From a virus (Duplodnaviria > Caudoviricetes): a stretch of DNA of 62,152 nucleotides. The position numbers and the translations under genes are program-made. The stretch is from IMG/VR virus record IMGVR_UViG_3300033153_008214, positions 1 through 62,152 of that record. The stretch is one strand, 5' to 3'. Numbering within the stretch: position 1 is the first letter of the stretch; each line of letters begins with the position of its first letter. Below, piece after piece: positions 1 through 11,700 of this stretch. The notes beneath the pieces are model-generated. The model was not told the origin of the DNA. It made no database searches and saw only the letters and a program-made list of their open reading frames with translations.

Positions 1-1
1 C

Positions 2-691
2 GGAGCTATTGTAGCCACAGGTATTGCCACAGGATATGACCCTGGGCCTGAATTGATCGGATTAATGAAAGAATTGCTCCCAAGTAAAAGGAATCTTATA
101 GATTACTCTTTGATCTCCCTGTTGTTCAGATGGGGTTTTGTAAAAGGTGATAAGATTACAGAGTTATTTAAAGAATATGCTCCAGAGTCTTTTTCAAAAA
201 CAATTATACCGTTACATGTAGTAACTACTAACTTGAACCGTAGAGCGGTTAGGGTTTTTAGTACTAAGGATACTCCAGATGCCTGCGTGGCATCTGCTGT
301 ACGTGCAAGTATGTCTATACCAGGCGTGTTTGCTCCATTGAAAATAGATGGCGAATTGTATGTAGATGGTGGAGTTACTGGTAACTACATGCTTGATATC
401 TTCGGAACTGGGGAGAATGTATTTGGTTTAAGGTTTGGTGAGAGTAATCGCTTTGCCAAATGGGAAGAGGCCCCGCATACTGAGATTAAAAGTGTGGCCA
501 AGTATATTGATGCTAATATTGATGCAATGATGAATGCTACGACCCGAGAGCATATTGATGATGCTATGTTTGCAAGAACTATAACTCTTGACACTAAACA
601 TAGTGGTCTTAACTTCAAAATGACTGAAAAAGATGTAGATGAGATGGTAGAGGATGGTTGGAATAGTGTAGACAGATGGCTTAAAAAGTAA
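2..691 (+). CDS. Patatin-like phospholipase (5' truncated by window edge)
   Basis: Frame is open from the window start (GAIVATGIATG..., the segment that normally follows GxSxG). It contains the patatin motifs AVRASMSIPGVFAP and LYVDGG (catalytic Asp). Confidence 0.85.
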   Translation, partial: GAIVATGIATGYDPGPELIGLMKELLPSKRNLIDYSLISLLFRWGFVKGDKITELFKEYAPESFSKTIIPLHVVTTNLNRRAVRVFSTKDTPDACVASAVRASMSIPGVFAPLKIDGELYVDGGVTGNYMLDIFGTGENVFGLRFGESNRFAKWEEAPHTEIKSVAKYIDANIDAMMNATTREHIDDAMFARTITLDTKHSGLNFKMTEKDVDEMVEDGWNSVDRWLKK

Positions 692-726
692 GAGCTTAAG
701 ATGAAGGATATTTCTAAGAGGTAGAT

Positions 727-1020
727 ATGGTTAGAAATAAAAATGAATGTGAGATTTGTGAATGCGACATAAGTAAGATAAGACATTCACACCATATTGT
801 TCCACGCGTAGACTCACGTTCTACCAATGGTACTTCAAACCTTGCTTATATTTGCCCCAGTTGTCATGCTAAAGTACACAAGCATCTAATCATTCTTGAA
901 GGAGTTTATAATACCAGTGCTGGTCAAAAGTTATTCTGGTATAAGGAAGGGGAATCTTGGACTATTCGTCCAGGAATATTTATACAACGTAATGGTACAG
1001 CGAAAATAGTAGAGGCGTAA
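727..1020 (+). CDS. Small HNH endonuclease-family protein
   Basis: CEIC...HSHHIVPR...NGTSNLAYICPSCHAKVH is a Zn-binding HNH signature. RBS gaggt lies upstream. Confidence 0.8.
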   Translation: MVRNKNECEICECDISKIRHSHHIVPRVDSRSTNGTSNLAYICPSCHAKVHKHLIILEGVYNTSAGQKLFWYKEGESWTIRPGIFIQRNGTAKIVEA

Positions 1021-1021
1021 G

Positions 1022-1276
1022 ATGGAAGAAGTTAAAAATATGGATGAAAAGCTTAATAGGATCATAGAGTTACTTGAGGAGCAAAATAAGTTATTGCGTA
1101 TGGGCTCTACTGTAGGGTCTGTCAAGTCTGAACCTGCAATTGGTTACCAGGGTGGTAATAGTGCCAAGTTCCCAGATATTAAGTCAATGATTGAACAGGC
1201 TAAACGGGATGCTAGATCAAAAGTTAGTACGGCAAAAGCGTCAGCAGATATGAATTTTAATGCATCTGCTGCATAG
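1022..1276 (+). CDS. Hypothetical protein with N-terminal coiled coil
   Basis: ORF fills the gap between its neighbours. Heptad-like segment LNRIIELLEEQNKLL. Confidence 0.55.
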   Translation: MEEVKNMDEKLNRIIELLEEQNKLLRMGSTVGSVKSEPAIGYQGGNSAKFPDIKSMIEQAKRDARSKVSTAKASADMNFNASAA

Positions 1277-1286
1277 GGAGAACTAA

Positions 1287-3410
1287 ATGGGCATCAAGGC
1301 ATTTCAGGCAAATCTTACACCGGTAGGTCATTTTGATATATTGGATACAGACCTTGCAGGTTTGAAGGGAGGGGAAATCCTTGTCTTTGATCGTCTTGAT
1401 GAATCTGTAGGTGATACGGCAGCACCAGATGTTTTTAGAGGAGACGGGTATAATTCAGTATTGAGGCTTGCTAGCTCACTGGATAATGGTCCTTTCTTCC
1501 TCGCAGCTAATGAGGAAGAAGCCAGGTATAATACTCCAGGCTTTGAAGTAAGTAGCATGTATGCTCAGAACCAACCCTTTGGACAAATGCTTGATTCCTC
1601 TAATAAGGTCTCTATTTATGCTGAAGAAGGTTTTTACAGTATAAGTTCTGACGTAGTTGATGACACAACTGTAAATGCTAATACAGATGTATATGCTAGA
1701 CTGTATGCTGATCCGTCCGGACTGCTTACCACTACTCCGAGTGCAGGTGGATCTCTAGTAGGGTTCTTTATTGAACATAGAGATGGAGATGCATTGCGAG
1801 GGTATCCTAATAAATTTAGGTATCTTGGAACTCATCGGATTGGCGATTCAATCACATTTTATAAAACAGTTGGAGATGGCTATTTTAACCTTAATTTGGT
1901 ATCCGAGATGGTTGGCCAGATGGGACAGCTTGGTACTCCTACGGATGGATACTTTAGTGATGGACTATTAGCGTTAGCATCTACTACGACTATAGCAGAT
2001 GCTGTAGACTCTATAAATGAAAATCTGTTTGTTCTTTCAGTAGCGACTATTGTTGACAGGAATGCAATACTGTCTACGCATCGTTATGAAGGCATGTCGG
2101 TTTATGTAGAGCAAACAGAATGTAGATTTATATTGAAGGTTGGAATTGCAAACTCTAACTGGGTACTGGATGATGACTTTGTAGGTAAACAGGCTTACTT
2201 GGGGTTTGTCGATGAAGATGATTCAGCAACCATCTATGTATCTGCAACTGGTAGTGATATAGATGGTTATGGCAGTATAGATGTTCCTTATCGACAAATT
2301 CAGAGAGCTATGAAGGATATACCTCAGGGAGCTTCTGGAGATTTTTATATTCAGTTGGGGGCGGGTTCATTCAAGCCGTTTATATTCGACAGAACCATTA
2401 TTGGTAGAATTTATGTAATTGGAAATAGAAGCAATCCTTTAATCAGCTCTGGCATATCTTCAAATTCTTCACTTGCTTCTGGAAAGCATGCCCGAAGAGA
2501 GCTTTCTACAGGCGGTTGGGCTGGGGCAATTACAGATGGCAGTCATTGGATGATTAATGACAAGGGTGTTGCTGATATTTATGCAGTACCTTTGGAGGCA
2601 TCAACATCGCCAACACTGGAACTTGTTGGATATATAAGTTCCGGTACAGGAAAAGAAGTTCATCCCTTTGAAAGTGTAATCACAGAACCTGATGAATACT
2701 ATACAGGGGGTGTGATTACTGCACTAGAAAGAACTACACCAGATCAAGGAAAGTATGTGATTCTTGGCGTTGAGCTTCAGGATATAGTCAACCTTGAAAA
2801 TATATATACTTTGGCCTGCAAATTTACTATGAATAATCATTATTATATGAACCTTAGCGGGTCTGTGTGGTTGGGCGGAACAGTGATGGGCTCGTTAAGT
2901 TATATAGTTGCATTGAATGGATCTACTGTAAATACAGAAGTTGGATTATATCTTTTGGGCGGGGCAGATTTAAGAGTAGAAGGTGGTCATGTAACTTTCA
3001 ACTCAAGCATAATTAAAGACAGCAGTGTTATTAAGTTAACTGATAATAGCTCGCTAGCAATTGGCCAAGCAGATATTGAGACAAGCGGGCCTATAGCATT
3101 AACGGCTGAAAACCGAAGTACGATAAGGCAAGCCGGAGCTATATCTGTAAGCTCAACACTTACAACACTTGTAAGTTTAAATGACTCCTCATTTGTTAGG
3201 AACTCACTTATTGAAGGTAGCACTACAGGAACATGCATGATCTTATCGAATAGTTCAAATGTTTCATTTATGTCTGGGACCACCCTGACTAATTCTGTTA
3301 CAAGTGGGGAAGAGATTAAAGTAGGTGGAAACGCACCAGTTGCGTTCAGTGATTTGCCAAGAACAGATTTAGTCCTAGGTAATACATCGGAAATGTGCAA
3401 GGCAAGTTAA
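1287..3410 (+). CDS. Putative capsid-decoration-anchored fibre/spike protein with C-terminal beta-helix
   Basis: RBS ggag. The N-terminal ~190 aa resemble head decoration proteins (FDILD...GGE; LYADPSGLLTTTP). TIYVSATGSD..GS...PYRQIQRA is a typical beta-helix cap, followed by a Ser/Thr/Asn-rich solenoid. 4 DGY. Confidence 0.5.
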   Translation: MGIKAFQANLTPVGHFDILDTDLAGLKGGEILVFDRLDESVGDTAAPDVFRGDGYNSVLRLASSLDNGPFFLAANEEEARYNTPGFEVSSMYAQNQPFGQMLDSSNKVSIYAEEGFYSISSDVVDDTTVNANTDVYARLYADPSGLLTTTPSAGGSLVGFFIEHRDGDALRGYPNKFRYLGTHRIGDSITFYKTVGDGYFNLNLVSEMVGQMGQLGTPTDGYFSDGLLALASTTTIADAVDSINENLFVLSVATIVDRNAILSTHRYEGMSVYVEQTECRFILKVGIANSNWVLDDDFVGKQAYLGFVDEDDSATIYVSATGSDIDGYGSIDVPYRQIQRAMKDIPQGASGDFYIQLGAGSFKPFIFDRTIIGRIYVIGNRSNPLISSGISSNSSLASGKHARRELSTGGWAGAITDGSHWMINDKGVADIYAVPLEASTSPTLELVGYISSGTGKEVHPFESVITEPDEYYTGGVITALERTTPDQGKYVILGVELQDIVNLENIYTLACKFTMNNHYYMNLSGSVWLGGTVMGSLSYIVALNGSTVNTEVGLYLLGGADLRVEGGHVTFNSSIIKDSSVIKLTDNSSLAIGQADIETSGPIALTAENRSTIRQAGAISVSSTLTTLVSLNDSSFVRNSLIEGSTTGTCMILSNSSNVSFMSGTTLTNSVTSGEEIKVGGNAPVAFSDLPRTDLVLGNTSEMCKAS

Positions 3411-3437
3411 TGCAAGAGTTTAAAATAGGAGAACATC

Positions 3438-3980
3438 ATGGCATTAGAAGTATCTAATTTTAGCAGTGCGTTCGGTCTTTCGGCCCAAAATTCGTATCAT
3501 AGAATCCGCAGCATTAGTGGGTCAGCAGACGGCGGAATATCATATATTATAGAAATCTATTATGATAAAGAAGCAAGAGATTCAGGAAAAGCCCCTCTAT
3601 CAATTCTTTCCAAAGTGGTTCCGGAAAGTCTCGCTTCACGCATAGGTGTAATTTACGAGCTTTACGGAATTCTGAAGCAAGAGTCTGAATATACCTCTGC
3701 GGTAGATGTAATTGATCCGGGTAACTTTGTAACACTTTCAGCAGAGGATGTATCGGGTTCTTACATACTTAGCGGTGCATTAGAGGATGGTTATTCTCTG
3801 AGTGGAGATACCGCGACTGACGTGATGTTTACTGGAAAGTTTGTACTTGCAGGTAATGTTGTAGCTGGCACTGTAGTTGGTGCTGACATGTCTGACGTGG
3901 TTGGTACAGCGGGTGCATTAACTCAGGGTTATATTACTGCGGGTGTTTGCACTGGTCTAATTATACAAAATTTAGTATAG
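3438..3980 (+). CDS. Putative fibre-associated/assembly protein
   Basis: RBS aggag. The N-terminal half (SYHRI...IEIYYDKEAR..GKAP...LYGILK..EY..AVDV) resembles small phage fibre-adjacent proteins. 1 DGY. Confidence 0.4.
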   Translation: MALEVSNFSSAFGLSAQNSYHRIRSISGSADGGISYIIEIYYDKEARDSGKAPLSILSKVVPESLASRIGVIYELYGILKQESEYTSAVDVIDPGNFVTLSAEDVSGSYILSGALEDGYSLSGDTATDVMFTGKFVLAGNVVAGTVVGADMSDVVGTAGALTQGYITAGVCTGLIIQNLV

Positions 3981-3985
3981 CGTAG

Positions 3986-6598
3986 ATGAGTTATTATTCC
4001 TCAGTAGGGTTATCAAATCCTGTATCGGTACATAAGGCGCAGCACAGTGAAGACCCTGGGCTAACGTTTGATTTGCCTATGGATATGAGTGGCCCTAGCC
4101 AGTTACCTACTAACATGACGGTAGATGGCTATGAGGTGGCTCCTACTTTCAGGTATACATCTACGGGGGTAAGAGAGAATCTATTAAGCTATACTGAAGA
4201 TTTCGAAAATGCAGCATGGATTAAAGTAGCTGGTGTTACGGTAAGTGACGGCTACACAAGCCCTTTTGGTAGTGGTACAGCCACATTAATATCCAGTTCA
4301 GCATCAGGACATCAGGCGATTACTACAAATGGGATGGTAATACCTATCCATGCTGGTGAGATATACACTGTATCTATGTACTTAAAGGCAGAAAATATAG
4401 ACTGGGTATTCCTACATCTTGCTAATGGAATAAATGGAGGAGTATATTTTAACTTATCAGATGGATTAGTTGGAAGTACATCAGCGGCTGGAATAGTTAG
4501 TTCAAGAATTGAGGCTATTGGACCGGATTGGTTTCGTGTGTCCATGTCAGTGAACATTACGAGTGGGTATATTGGGTTCTCACTTTATCTCGCCGAGAGT
4601 GATGGCGATTACAATTTAGCTAGTGCTCCCGGTGATGCTATTTATATATATGCTCCTCAGATTAATAGTGGCCCGCTTATCCCATACTATGATGCGGGCA
4701 AAACGTCTGCTGGACCTAATAGAAAGTGGTTCTCTGATGTAGGCCCAGATTTAGATTATGCTGGAAGTGGCAATGATATTTTAATTAAGCCCAGCCCATT
4801 TACTGATGGGGCTCCGGTAATCAAATTTAATTCTGGAAAATGTTTCTCTGCTGTATTAGGTGCCGGTCCAGGAACTAATGATGTTGCAATCGAATATGTA
4901 GGTTTCAATGATTCTTCTGGAGGGGGAGTGTTGTTGGAGTGGTCAGAAGGTGCTGCTGGCACTCCTCGAATAGAGATAAATACCACTCGCAGCGCGACCC
5001 AAGTTTATATAAGAGGGTTCTTGGGTAGTCCTGGAGGAAGTGCATCGACATATGGGTGCAGAGGGAGTAATGGAGATAACCTGTATCACTTCATCGAGTT
5101 TTATGATAATAGTCAGCTTACATCTCAAACAACTGGCCTTATTCAATACGCCAATGGAGCGGCAGATAGCTATTCATTACCAGGAGCAACTAATGATATA
5201 GATGTCAACATGAACACTTCCTCCAGAATAACTATTAGCGGAAGATATAACTATACTTCTACAGATGATTCTGGGGTTGTAGCTATTGCAATACATTCAA
5301 GTGCTAACTGGTATCCTGGTGGCACGGATAATACAACTGTTTGGAAGGAAACTATAAAACGTCGTTCTGCTCAAGTCATGGGCGTATATCCTGCTACTGC
5401 AGTAGGAGATAAGACTCCACTTGTTGCAACCAGAACATCAAATAATTCATTCTTAGATATCCAAGATGATTCTGGTTATAGGACCTTGCATCAGGTGGCC
5501 AAAGGGTGGATGAGAATTTGTAAGAGGCCTGACAATAATGACAAACTTATAAGCGGCTTGCTATCTGAAAAATACGCAACACAGAAACTTCCCTATACAG
5601 ACGATATGATAAATGATTGGGGTGGTCACGCAACAATCTCAAAGCAAGATGGTTATGAAACATTTCAACCCCATCTTGAAGCTCAGGTATGCACCCTTAT
5701 TAGCACAGGTAACACCAATGCAGAGTGCGCCGTTTACTACCCAAACATCACCCCCTCTGGAGATGGATGGACAAGTTGCTGGGCGAAAAAAGGCAATGGA
5801 GAAGCAGATTGGTTTGCACTTAGATTATCTACTGTAACATCAGGGATTGTGGTTCAATATTTTGATCTAGTTAATGGTGTAATTGGTACAGGGACTACGG
5901 ATGTGCTTGATGCATTTATTGAAGATTGGGGAAGTGGCTGGTATAGATGCTGCATGAAACATGAGAATGCAAAAACTGGATATATATACTTGCACCCATG
6001 CGCAGCAGATAACTCTGTCTGGATTACGCCAAGCTCTATAGGGGTAGAGCTAATATCACTTGTTTTCCCCCAGGTTATAAATAATAGTGATGGGCCTACA
6101 AGCTTTATTTTAAACACGGGAACGGGAGGTGTAACGAGGGCGGTTGATATTTTAGAATACACCCCTATAGATAATTATGCTCCCATTACTGGGTACACCA
6201 TCGATGCAGACATACTTAAATATCCAGCAGCACACGCGAATAGCATTGCAGGACCATGGGGTTTAAGCAGGACGACCTCTTATCATGGTATACGGGTATA
6301 CTGTAACGGGCCAGATGGAGAATTAATATTCAGGGTCGAGAATGAATCGGATACTACACTTTGGGCAGCGCATACAAGTTCGGATGTATCAGATGGGTAT
6401 GTTCATAATATAAGAGGATCTTGGGAGGCGAATAGCCAAGAAATGTATATTGACGGTAATTTAGATGCTTCCAATACTTTGTCAGATGGGCCACACTCTG
6501 ATATTAATTACCTAAGTGTCGGTAAGGATCGATCGCCATCTGCTATTGAGTTTGACGGTCTGGTATCTAATTTTAAAATATATAACAAGGTGAAATAA
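3986..6598 (+). CDS. Virion spike/fibre protein with lectin-like (CBM/LamG) domains, paralog 1
   Basis: NLLSYTEDF..AAW...WFRVS..IYAPQIN and a second copy (WYRCC...PTSFI...VTRAVD) resemble phage spike/fibre beta-sandwich repeats. The C-terminus is LamG-like (MYIDG...FDGLVSNFKIYNK). 4 DGY. Confidence 0.6.
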   Translation: MSYYSSVGLSNPVSVHKAQHSEDPGLTFDLPMDMSGPSQLPTNMTVDGYEVAPTFRYTSTGVRENLLSYTEDFENAAWIKVAGVTVSDGYTSPFGSGTATLISSSASGHQAITTNGMVIPIHAGEIYTVSMYLKAENIDWVFLHLANGINGGVYFNLSDGLVGSTSAAGIVSSRIEAIGPDWFRVSMSVNITSGYIGFSLYLAESDGDYNLASAPGDAIYIYAPQINSGPLIPYYDAGKTSAGPNRKWFSDVGPDLDYAGSGNDILIKPSPFTDGAPVIKFNSGKCFSAVLGAGPGTNDVAIEYVGFNDSSGGGVLLEWSEGAAGTPRIEINTTRSATQVYIRGFLGSPGGSASTYGCRGSNGDNLYHFIEFYDNSQLTSQTTGLIQYANGAADSYSLPGATNDIDVNMNTSSRITISGRYNYTSTDDSGVVAIAIHSSANWYPGGTDNTTVWKETIKRRSAQVMGVYPATAVGDKTPLVATRTSNNSFLDIQDDSGYRTLHQVAKGWMRICKRPDNNDKLISGLLSEKYATQKLPYTDDMINDWGGHATISKQDGYETFQPHLEAQVCTLISTGNTNAECAVYYPNITPSGDGWTSCWAKKGNGEADWFALRLSTVTSGIVVQYFDLVNGVIGTGTTDVLDAFIEDWGSGWYRCCMKHENAKTGYIYLHPCAADNSVWITPSSIGVELISLVFPQVINNSDGPTSFILNTGTGGVTRAVDILEYTPIDNYAPITGYTIDADILKYPAAHANSIAGPWGLSRTTSYHGIRVYCNGPDGELIFRVENESDTTLWAAHTSSDVSDGYVHNIRGSWEANSQEMYIDGNLDASNTLSDGPHSDINYLSVGKDRSPSAIEFDGLVSNFKIYNKVK

Positions 6599-7092
6599 TG
6601 TCAAGAAAAAATTTAACAGCCAATGAGCATGCCAAGGTAGCAAGTGCTTTCGCTAATAAGCATGCGGCACCTTTGCAGATGGATGGATATCAGGCGGAGT
6701 CAGTTACGCTTATAATAGACCTGGCTATGGGGAATGAGGCGGAGATATTTGATATTTTGGATACACTAGCTCTGAAAGGATGGGTTGAAGGCTCAATTAT
6801 CATGGACAAGCTTGATGGATATGGTTTACCTATTAATCCAGGTGTAGATAGATACGTCTCTGTTTTAAGTAATGCCCGTAATATTAGAGATGCTGATGGA
6901 GTACACGGCATGTTATCAGCCAAGGTTTTCTCAGCATTCCATTGGAATGATTATCCATTATGGGCATCAATCGATGGATACCCTGCTCATCATTACTGCG
7001 GTGTTCCAGTAGCGGGGACAACTATTAGACCAATGCGGAGACGTAGTAAGCCTATTGAGGTCATCATCGAGCCGCCCGACCCACCTGAATAA
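6598..7092 (+). CDS. Hypothetical protein, translationally coupled to the upstream spike gene
   Basis: TAATG stop/start overlap. 3 DGY in 164 aa. Pro-rich tail. Confidence 0.55.
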   Translation: MSRKNLTANEHAKVASAFANKHAAPLQMDGYQAESVTLIIDLAMGNEAEIFDILDTLALKGWVEGSIIMDKLDGYGLPINPGVDRYVSVLSNARNIRDADGVHGMLSAKVFSAFHWNDYPLWASIDGYPAHHYCGVPVAGTTIRPMRRRSKPIEVIIEPPDPPE

Positions 7093-7115
7093 AGATACAG
7101 AAATGCGACAAAACT

Positions 7116-7133
7116 CTACTAATATATTGGCAT
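7116..7133 (+). promoter_or_regulatory. Candidate phage late-promoter motif CTACTAATA
   Basis: ctactaatatattggcat. The same 9-mer occurs in the intergenic gap at 30335. Confidence 0.35.
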
Positions 7134-7160
7134 TTGGTAGCTATCCAAGGGCAGGACTGT

Positions 7161-8756
7161 ATGAATAAAGATGTATCAGAAGGGGTTATTTATAAGATCT
7201 TCAACACGGTAAATGAAAAATTTTACATCGGGCAAACTCGCAATTTTGAAAAACGAATTAATGAGCATGTATGGAGTCTTAAAAAGAATAAGCACTATAA
7301 TAAAAAATTGCAGCGAGCTTGGAATAAGCATGGACAAGAGAATTTCCGATTTAGTATAGTTGAGCAAGTTCCAGCAGATGACTTAAATAAAGTGGAGCAG
7401 AGCTATTTAGACATAGGGGCTCCATATAATATAGCAAAATCTGTTCTAAATCCTTTTATGGGAGTGAGGTATGAGCGCAAGCAGTCAGGTTGGAAAAAGC
7501 TTGCACTTGTATCAGTATGCTTTAATACTGGAGAGATTAAAGAATTTGGTTCTAAGGTAGAGGCATTAAAGGAAAACTCATTGGAGGGACGTAGGATACA
7601 TTTGATTTCAAATAAATTGCCTAACAAGACAGTCCTATTAGCACATGAGAGGGCGTGGTTTATTCGCTCAGATGTAGGTGAAGATTTTATTCAAGGACTG
7701 AAAAACTCAAAGGACCGTATTATTTTTTTACTTAAGGCTTTAAATGAAGAAAAAATAGTGTTAGAGAAACGTTTTGCCCTTAACTCACCTGTCAGGAGGA
7801 CCTGTGTAAAGACGGGAAAGGTCTGTATATTTAAAAAAATTACTGCAACTGGAAGCAAAAAATCAAATATTTGTGGAGTGAAAAGATCATGCCTGAACCC
7901 AGACATTAGTTATAAAGGATTTTTTTGGGAATATGTCTTCTCGCCATCACTCAGGTATGAAGCTCGTATTAGATTAAAGCAAGAAAGCTATAATAAGAAC
8001 CAGACTAGGCAGTCCATAGTGATGTCTAACCGAAAAGTCAAATTTACAGAAGTAGTCCGGACAGATATAGTAACAGGGGACCGGTATACGTATGATGGAT
8101 TACAGTCTGTTAAGAAAGATGGTTTCTGCTCGAAGTCAGTTTGGCAATTTTTAGATAGGGCGGTACCACACCGAGGATTTTTATGGAAGAGAGGGAAGAT
8201 GGCATGCTCAACTAAGTGTTCGGTGACACATGTTGTAATTGCAACTTGCGTAAAGACTGGGGAAGTGATCGAATATCCGAGTGCTACTATAGCATCAAAC
8301 AAATTTAATTGCAAGGTAGACGCTATTAGAGGGGCATGTATTTACAGCAGAATTAAATTTGGATGTACGTGGCATTATAGAAAGGGAAGTCTTAAGAGAA
8401 GTAAGCACATAAAGGGAAGAAGTGTGTTGAAGATTAATTTGGAAACAGGTCAGGCTCATAAGTATAAATCATTAAAGGATGCAAAAAAAGACGGGTTTCG
8501 AGCAGAGTATATAAAGCCATGTTGCTATGGGGAAGTTGAGTCATACAAAGGATTTGCGTGGAAATTTGGAGACCTAATTGAAAAGAAGGGGCACTCTAAA
8601 CCCATATTGGCAAAGTCACTGGAAGATGGTGCAGTCACAGAGTATGCTGGTTCAGCAGTGGTAGCTAAAGAGTTTGAATGCAATCGCAACTCAGTTAATT
8701 ATATGTGTCGCAATAAAAATGAGAAATTTGGATTTGCTTGGAGCTATAAGGATTAA
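7161..8756 (+). mobile_element. Free-standing GIY-YIG homing endonuclease with multiple NUMOD1-like DNA-binding repeats
   Basis: GVIYKIFN...FYIGQT..FEKR...H...HYNKKLQRAWNKHG..NF is a GIY-YIG domain. Repeats end in YKGFFWEY, HRGFLWK, KFGCTWHY, YKGFAWK and KFGFAWSY. The protein is Lys-rich. ATG 7161 follows RBS agga. Confidence 0.85.
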
Positions 8757-8758
8757 TT

Positions 8759-11700
8759 ATGACTTTTACTACTGATACACTATCCAAAGCTGCTTTCAAG
8801 ATTCTCAATGGGTTTACTCACAGTTCGAACTCAAAAGATCTGAGCAATGAGGCTGATAGCTCAAGCCCTGTAGTTGCATCATCAGAGATATTTGCAGATA
8901 AATTACTTTCAGTTTCTCAAATTTTAGCTGACGGGTATGGGGTATATGTCTCAGGGCTTACTCTCGTAGAAGATTTGAGTTCGGATGGAAAGTCATACGA
9001 ATTTACAATAGGGGCTGTTTCTGGTTCAGCCTTAGATGGATATATAAATCCTAAGACAGGGAGTTTATATGTAGACGATGACCGTGTTGGCTATTTGCTT
9101 CATCCAAAGTATGATCCAGATTTACGTGCAATCATTCTTGATAACGGAATTGAACGAGCACCCCTGGACTCGACAGATTTTTTCGTGGATTATTATAATG
9201 GTAGAGTAACCAGCGAAGATGATATGCTTCTTGGAGTTACCGGGACAGCAAATGCTTACGTATTTACTGGTAATTTCCTTTCGGATACACTAGACAACAT
9301 CATATCCTCTACACCTACGATTACTGGTGGCAAAGATGGCTATTTGGCTGTTTGGGATAGTGGAAGTACTTTAAATTACGACGAGTCTCTATATTTCGAT
9401 ACGACTAATGACCGATTAGGTATTGGTACTGCTGCACCGAGTTATGAGATTGATGTAGTTGGAGCGGCAAATGTTACTGACCGATATCGTATAGGCAGTG
9501 TTGATGCATTACGAGTTGAGAGTAATGATGTATTTGTTGGAAATACTGGAACGAATGCGAGTGGTGGAAATAATCTTCTTTTGGGTTATTTTGCAGGGCG
9601 CACACTTGGGGCTGGGGATAGAAATACATTTATAGGTTCATTGTCTGGCGAACTTGCTACAGGCTCATCTCAAGGTGTTGCGATAGGTTATGTGGCAGGA
9701 GCAAGAGCGACCGGTTCAGGTTATGTGGCGATAGGATCAAATGCAGGGGCTTTCCAGGATGGAGCAATAGGGCCCGTTTACATAGGCCAGGCCGCAGGTA
9801 AATATGCAGAGGGTAATTATAACACCGCGCTCGGGCATAATGCATTATCTGGTAGTGATGGATATACTACTGGAACATACAATGTCGCTATAGGTAAATC
9901 TGCTGGTTATAGCATCACTACGGCAAATGATAGTGTTCTTATAGGGCAAGAAGCCGGAGTAAATTTATCTACTGGCATCACAAATGTACTTATTGGTAAG
10001 AAGCCAGGTTCTGCAATAACTACGGCTCGTGGTACAGTAATTATTGGTGAAGAGGCTGGGCAGGAAACTAATGCAAGTTATGGAATATTTATAGGCGCGT
10101 TTGCTGGCCGTTACGCAACGGGTGTTGACAATATTGCAATTGGGCAGGTTGCAGGAGAAGGAGTTTCTGGGACAAATACTGGTACATCTAATATATTTAT
10201 TGGAGTGAAGGCTGGACAGAAAATTACATCTGGAGATTCAAATCTTGCTATTGGTAAAGAGGCCGGAGATGCCATAACCACTGGTGGTGGTAATATGTTG
10301 CTAGGTGCTGGTGCTGGCGGATCAATTATAGATGGTGGCAGCAATATCGGTATTGGATTTGGAAGTATTGCAGGCCTTACATCAAGTTATGGAGTGGTTG
10401 GGATCGGCCAAGCGGCGGGGCATATTGGCGGATCATATTCAGTCCACATAGGTTATACTGCAGGTAATACTGATTCAAGCGCATATAATGTTAATATTGG
10501 CTGGTCGGCAGGCAATAATGCTGGTGCATCGGCAACACATTCTGTACGGATAGGTTATCAGGCTGGTCGATATGGTACTGGGCCTGATAATACCATCATT
10601 GGGTATGGTGCAGGAGAGGGAGCGACAGGTCTCAGTACATTTAGCGCTACAACCCTGATTGGCGTCCACGCTGGTAACAATTTAACTACAGGTATACAGA
10701 ATACATTTATTGGTTTTTATTCCGGTCTGGGTGCAACAACAGCTAGTTATAATGTAGTGTCGGGAGTATATGCAGGTTATCGTCTTGACGGCTATAGCAA
10801 TAATGTGTTCTCCGGCTATCAGGCTGGTAGGTATTTGCGTTCGAATGACAATGTCGCTATCGGTTATAATGCTGGGTTAGGTGTAGATGGTATATCTACG
10901 GGCACAGATAATACATTTGTAGGATATGAGTCTGGCCTTGCGATAACTACAGGGTACTTAAATACTTTCGTTGGACATCAGTCAGGAACAAGTAATACCA
11001 CTGGATATGCATCCATATTCATAGGGCCGTATTCTGGTTTAAACTCTCTCGCAAGTGATTATGCTGTAGCCATTGGCTATGAGGCAATGAAGAACGTTGT
11101 TAACTCTGACAACAGTATCGCTATTGGTAGAGGCTCACTTCAGTCGACTACTGTAGGAAGTCAGGTTGCGATTGGGGCCTTTGCGGGAGAGAAAATTGTT
11201 TCCAATGTGGCATTAACTGCTATAGGATATAAGGCCGCACAATTTCTTACAGGAAGTTATAATCTTGCTGTAGGTTATGAGTCCGGCCTTGGCATAGATG
11301 GACAATCTACCGGTGAGTCAAATGTGCTTTTGGGTCACAACTCTGGTAAAAATCTCACTACTGGGAACTATAATGTAGCTATTGGAAAAAGTGCGGGAGA
11401 AAGCTTAGATGGATATAGCAATGTAGTCCATATTGGCTATGAGGCAGGTTTATATTCAAGAGTGAACAGTACCGTGGCAATCGGTTATCAGGCAGGTAGG
11501 GGAGTTGATGGGATTTCGACGGGGGCTTCAAATGTATTTGTGGGTTCAGTGTCTGGGGTTAGCATTACTACTGGCGAAAGAAATGTTGGATTAGGCGCGG
11601 GAGCAATTAATAGCCTAACAGACGGCGATAAGAATATAGGTATAGGTTATTCTGCTGGCGGAGCAGTAACTACCGGTGATGCAAATATCCTTATGGGGTC

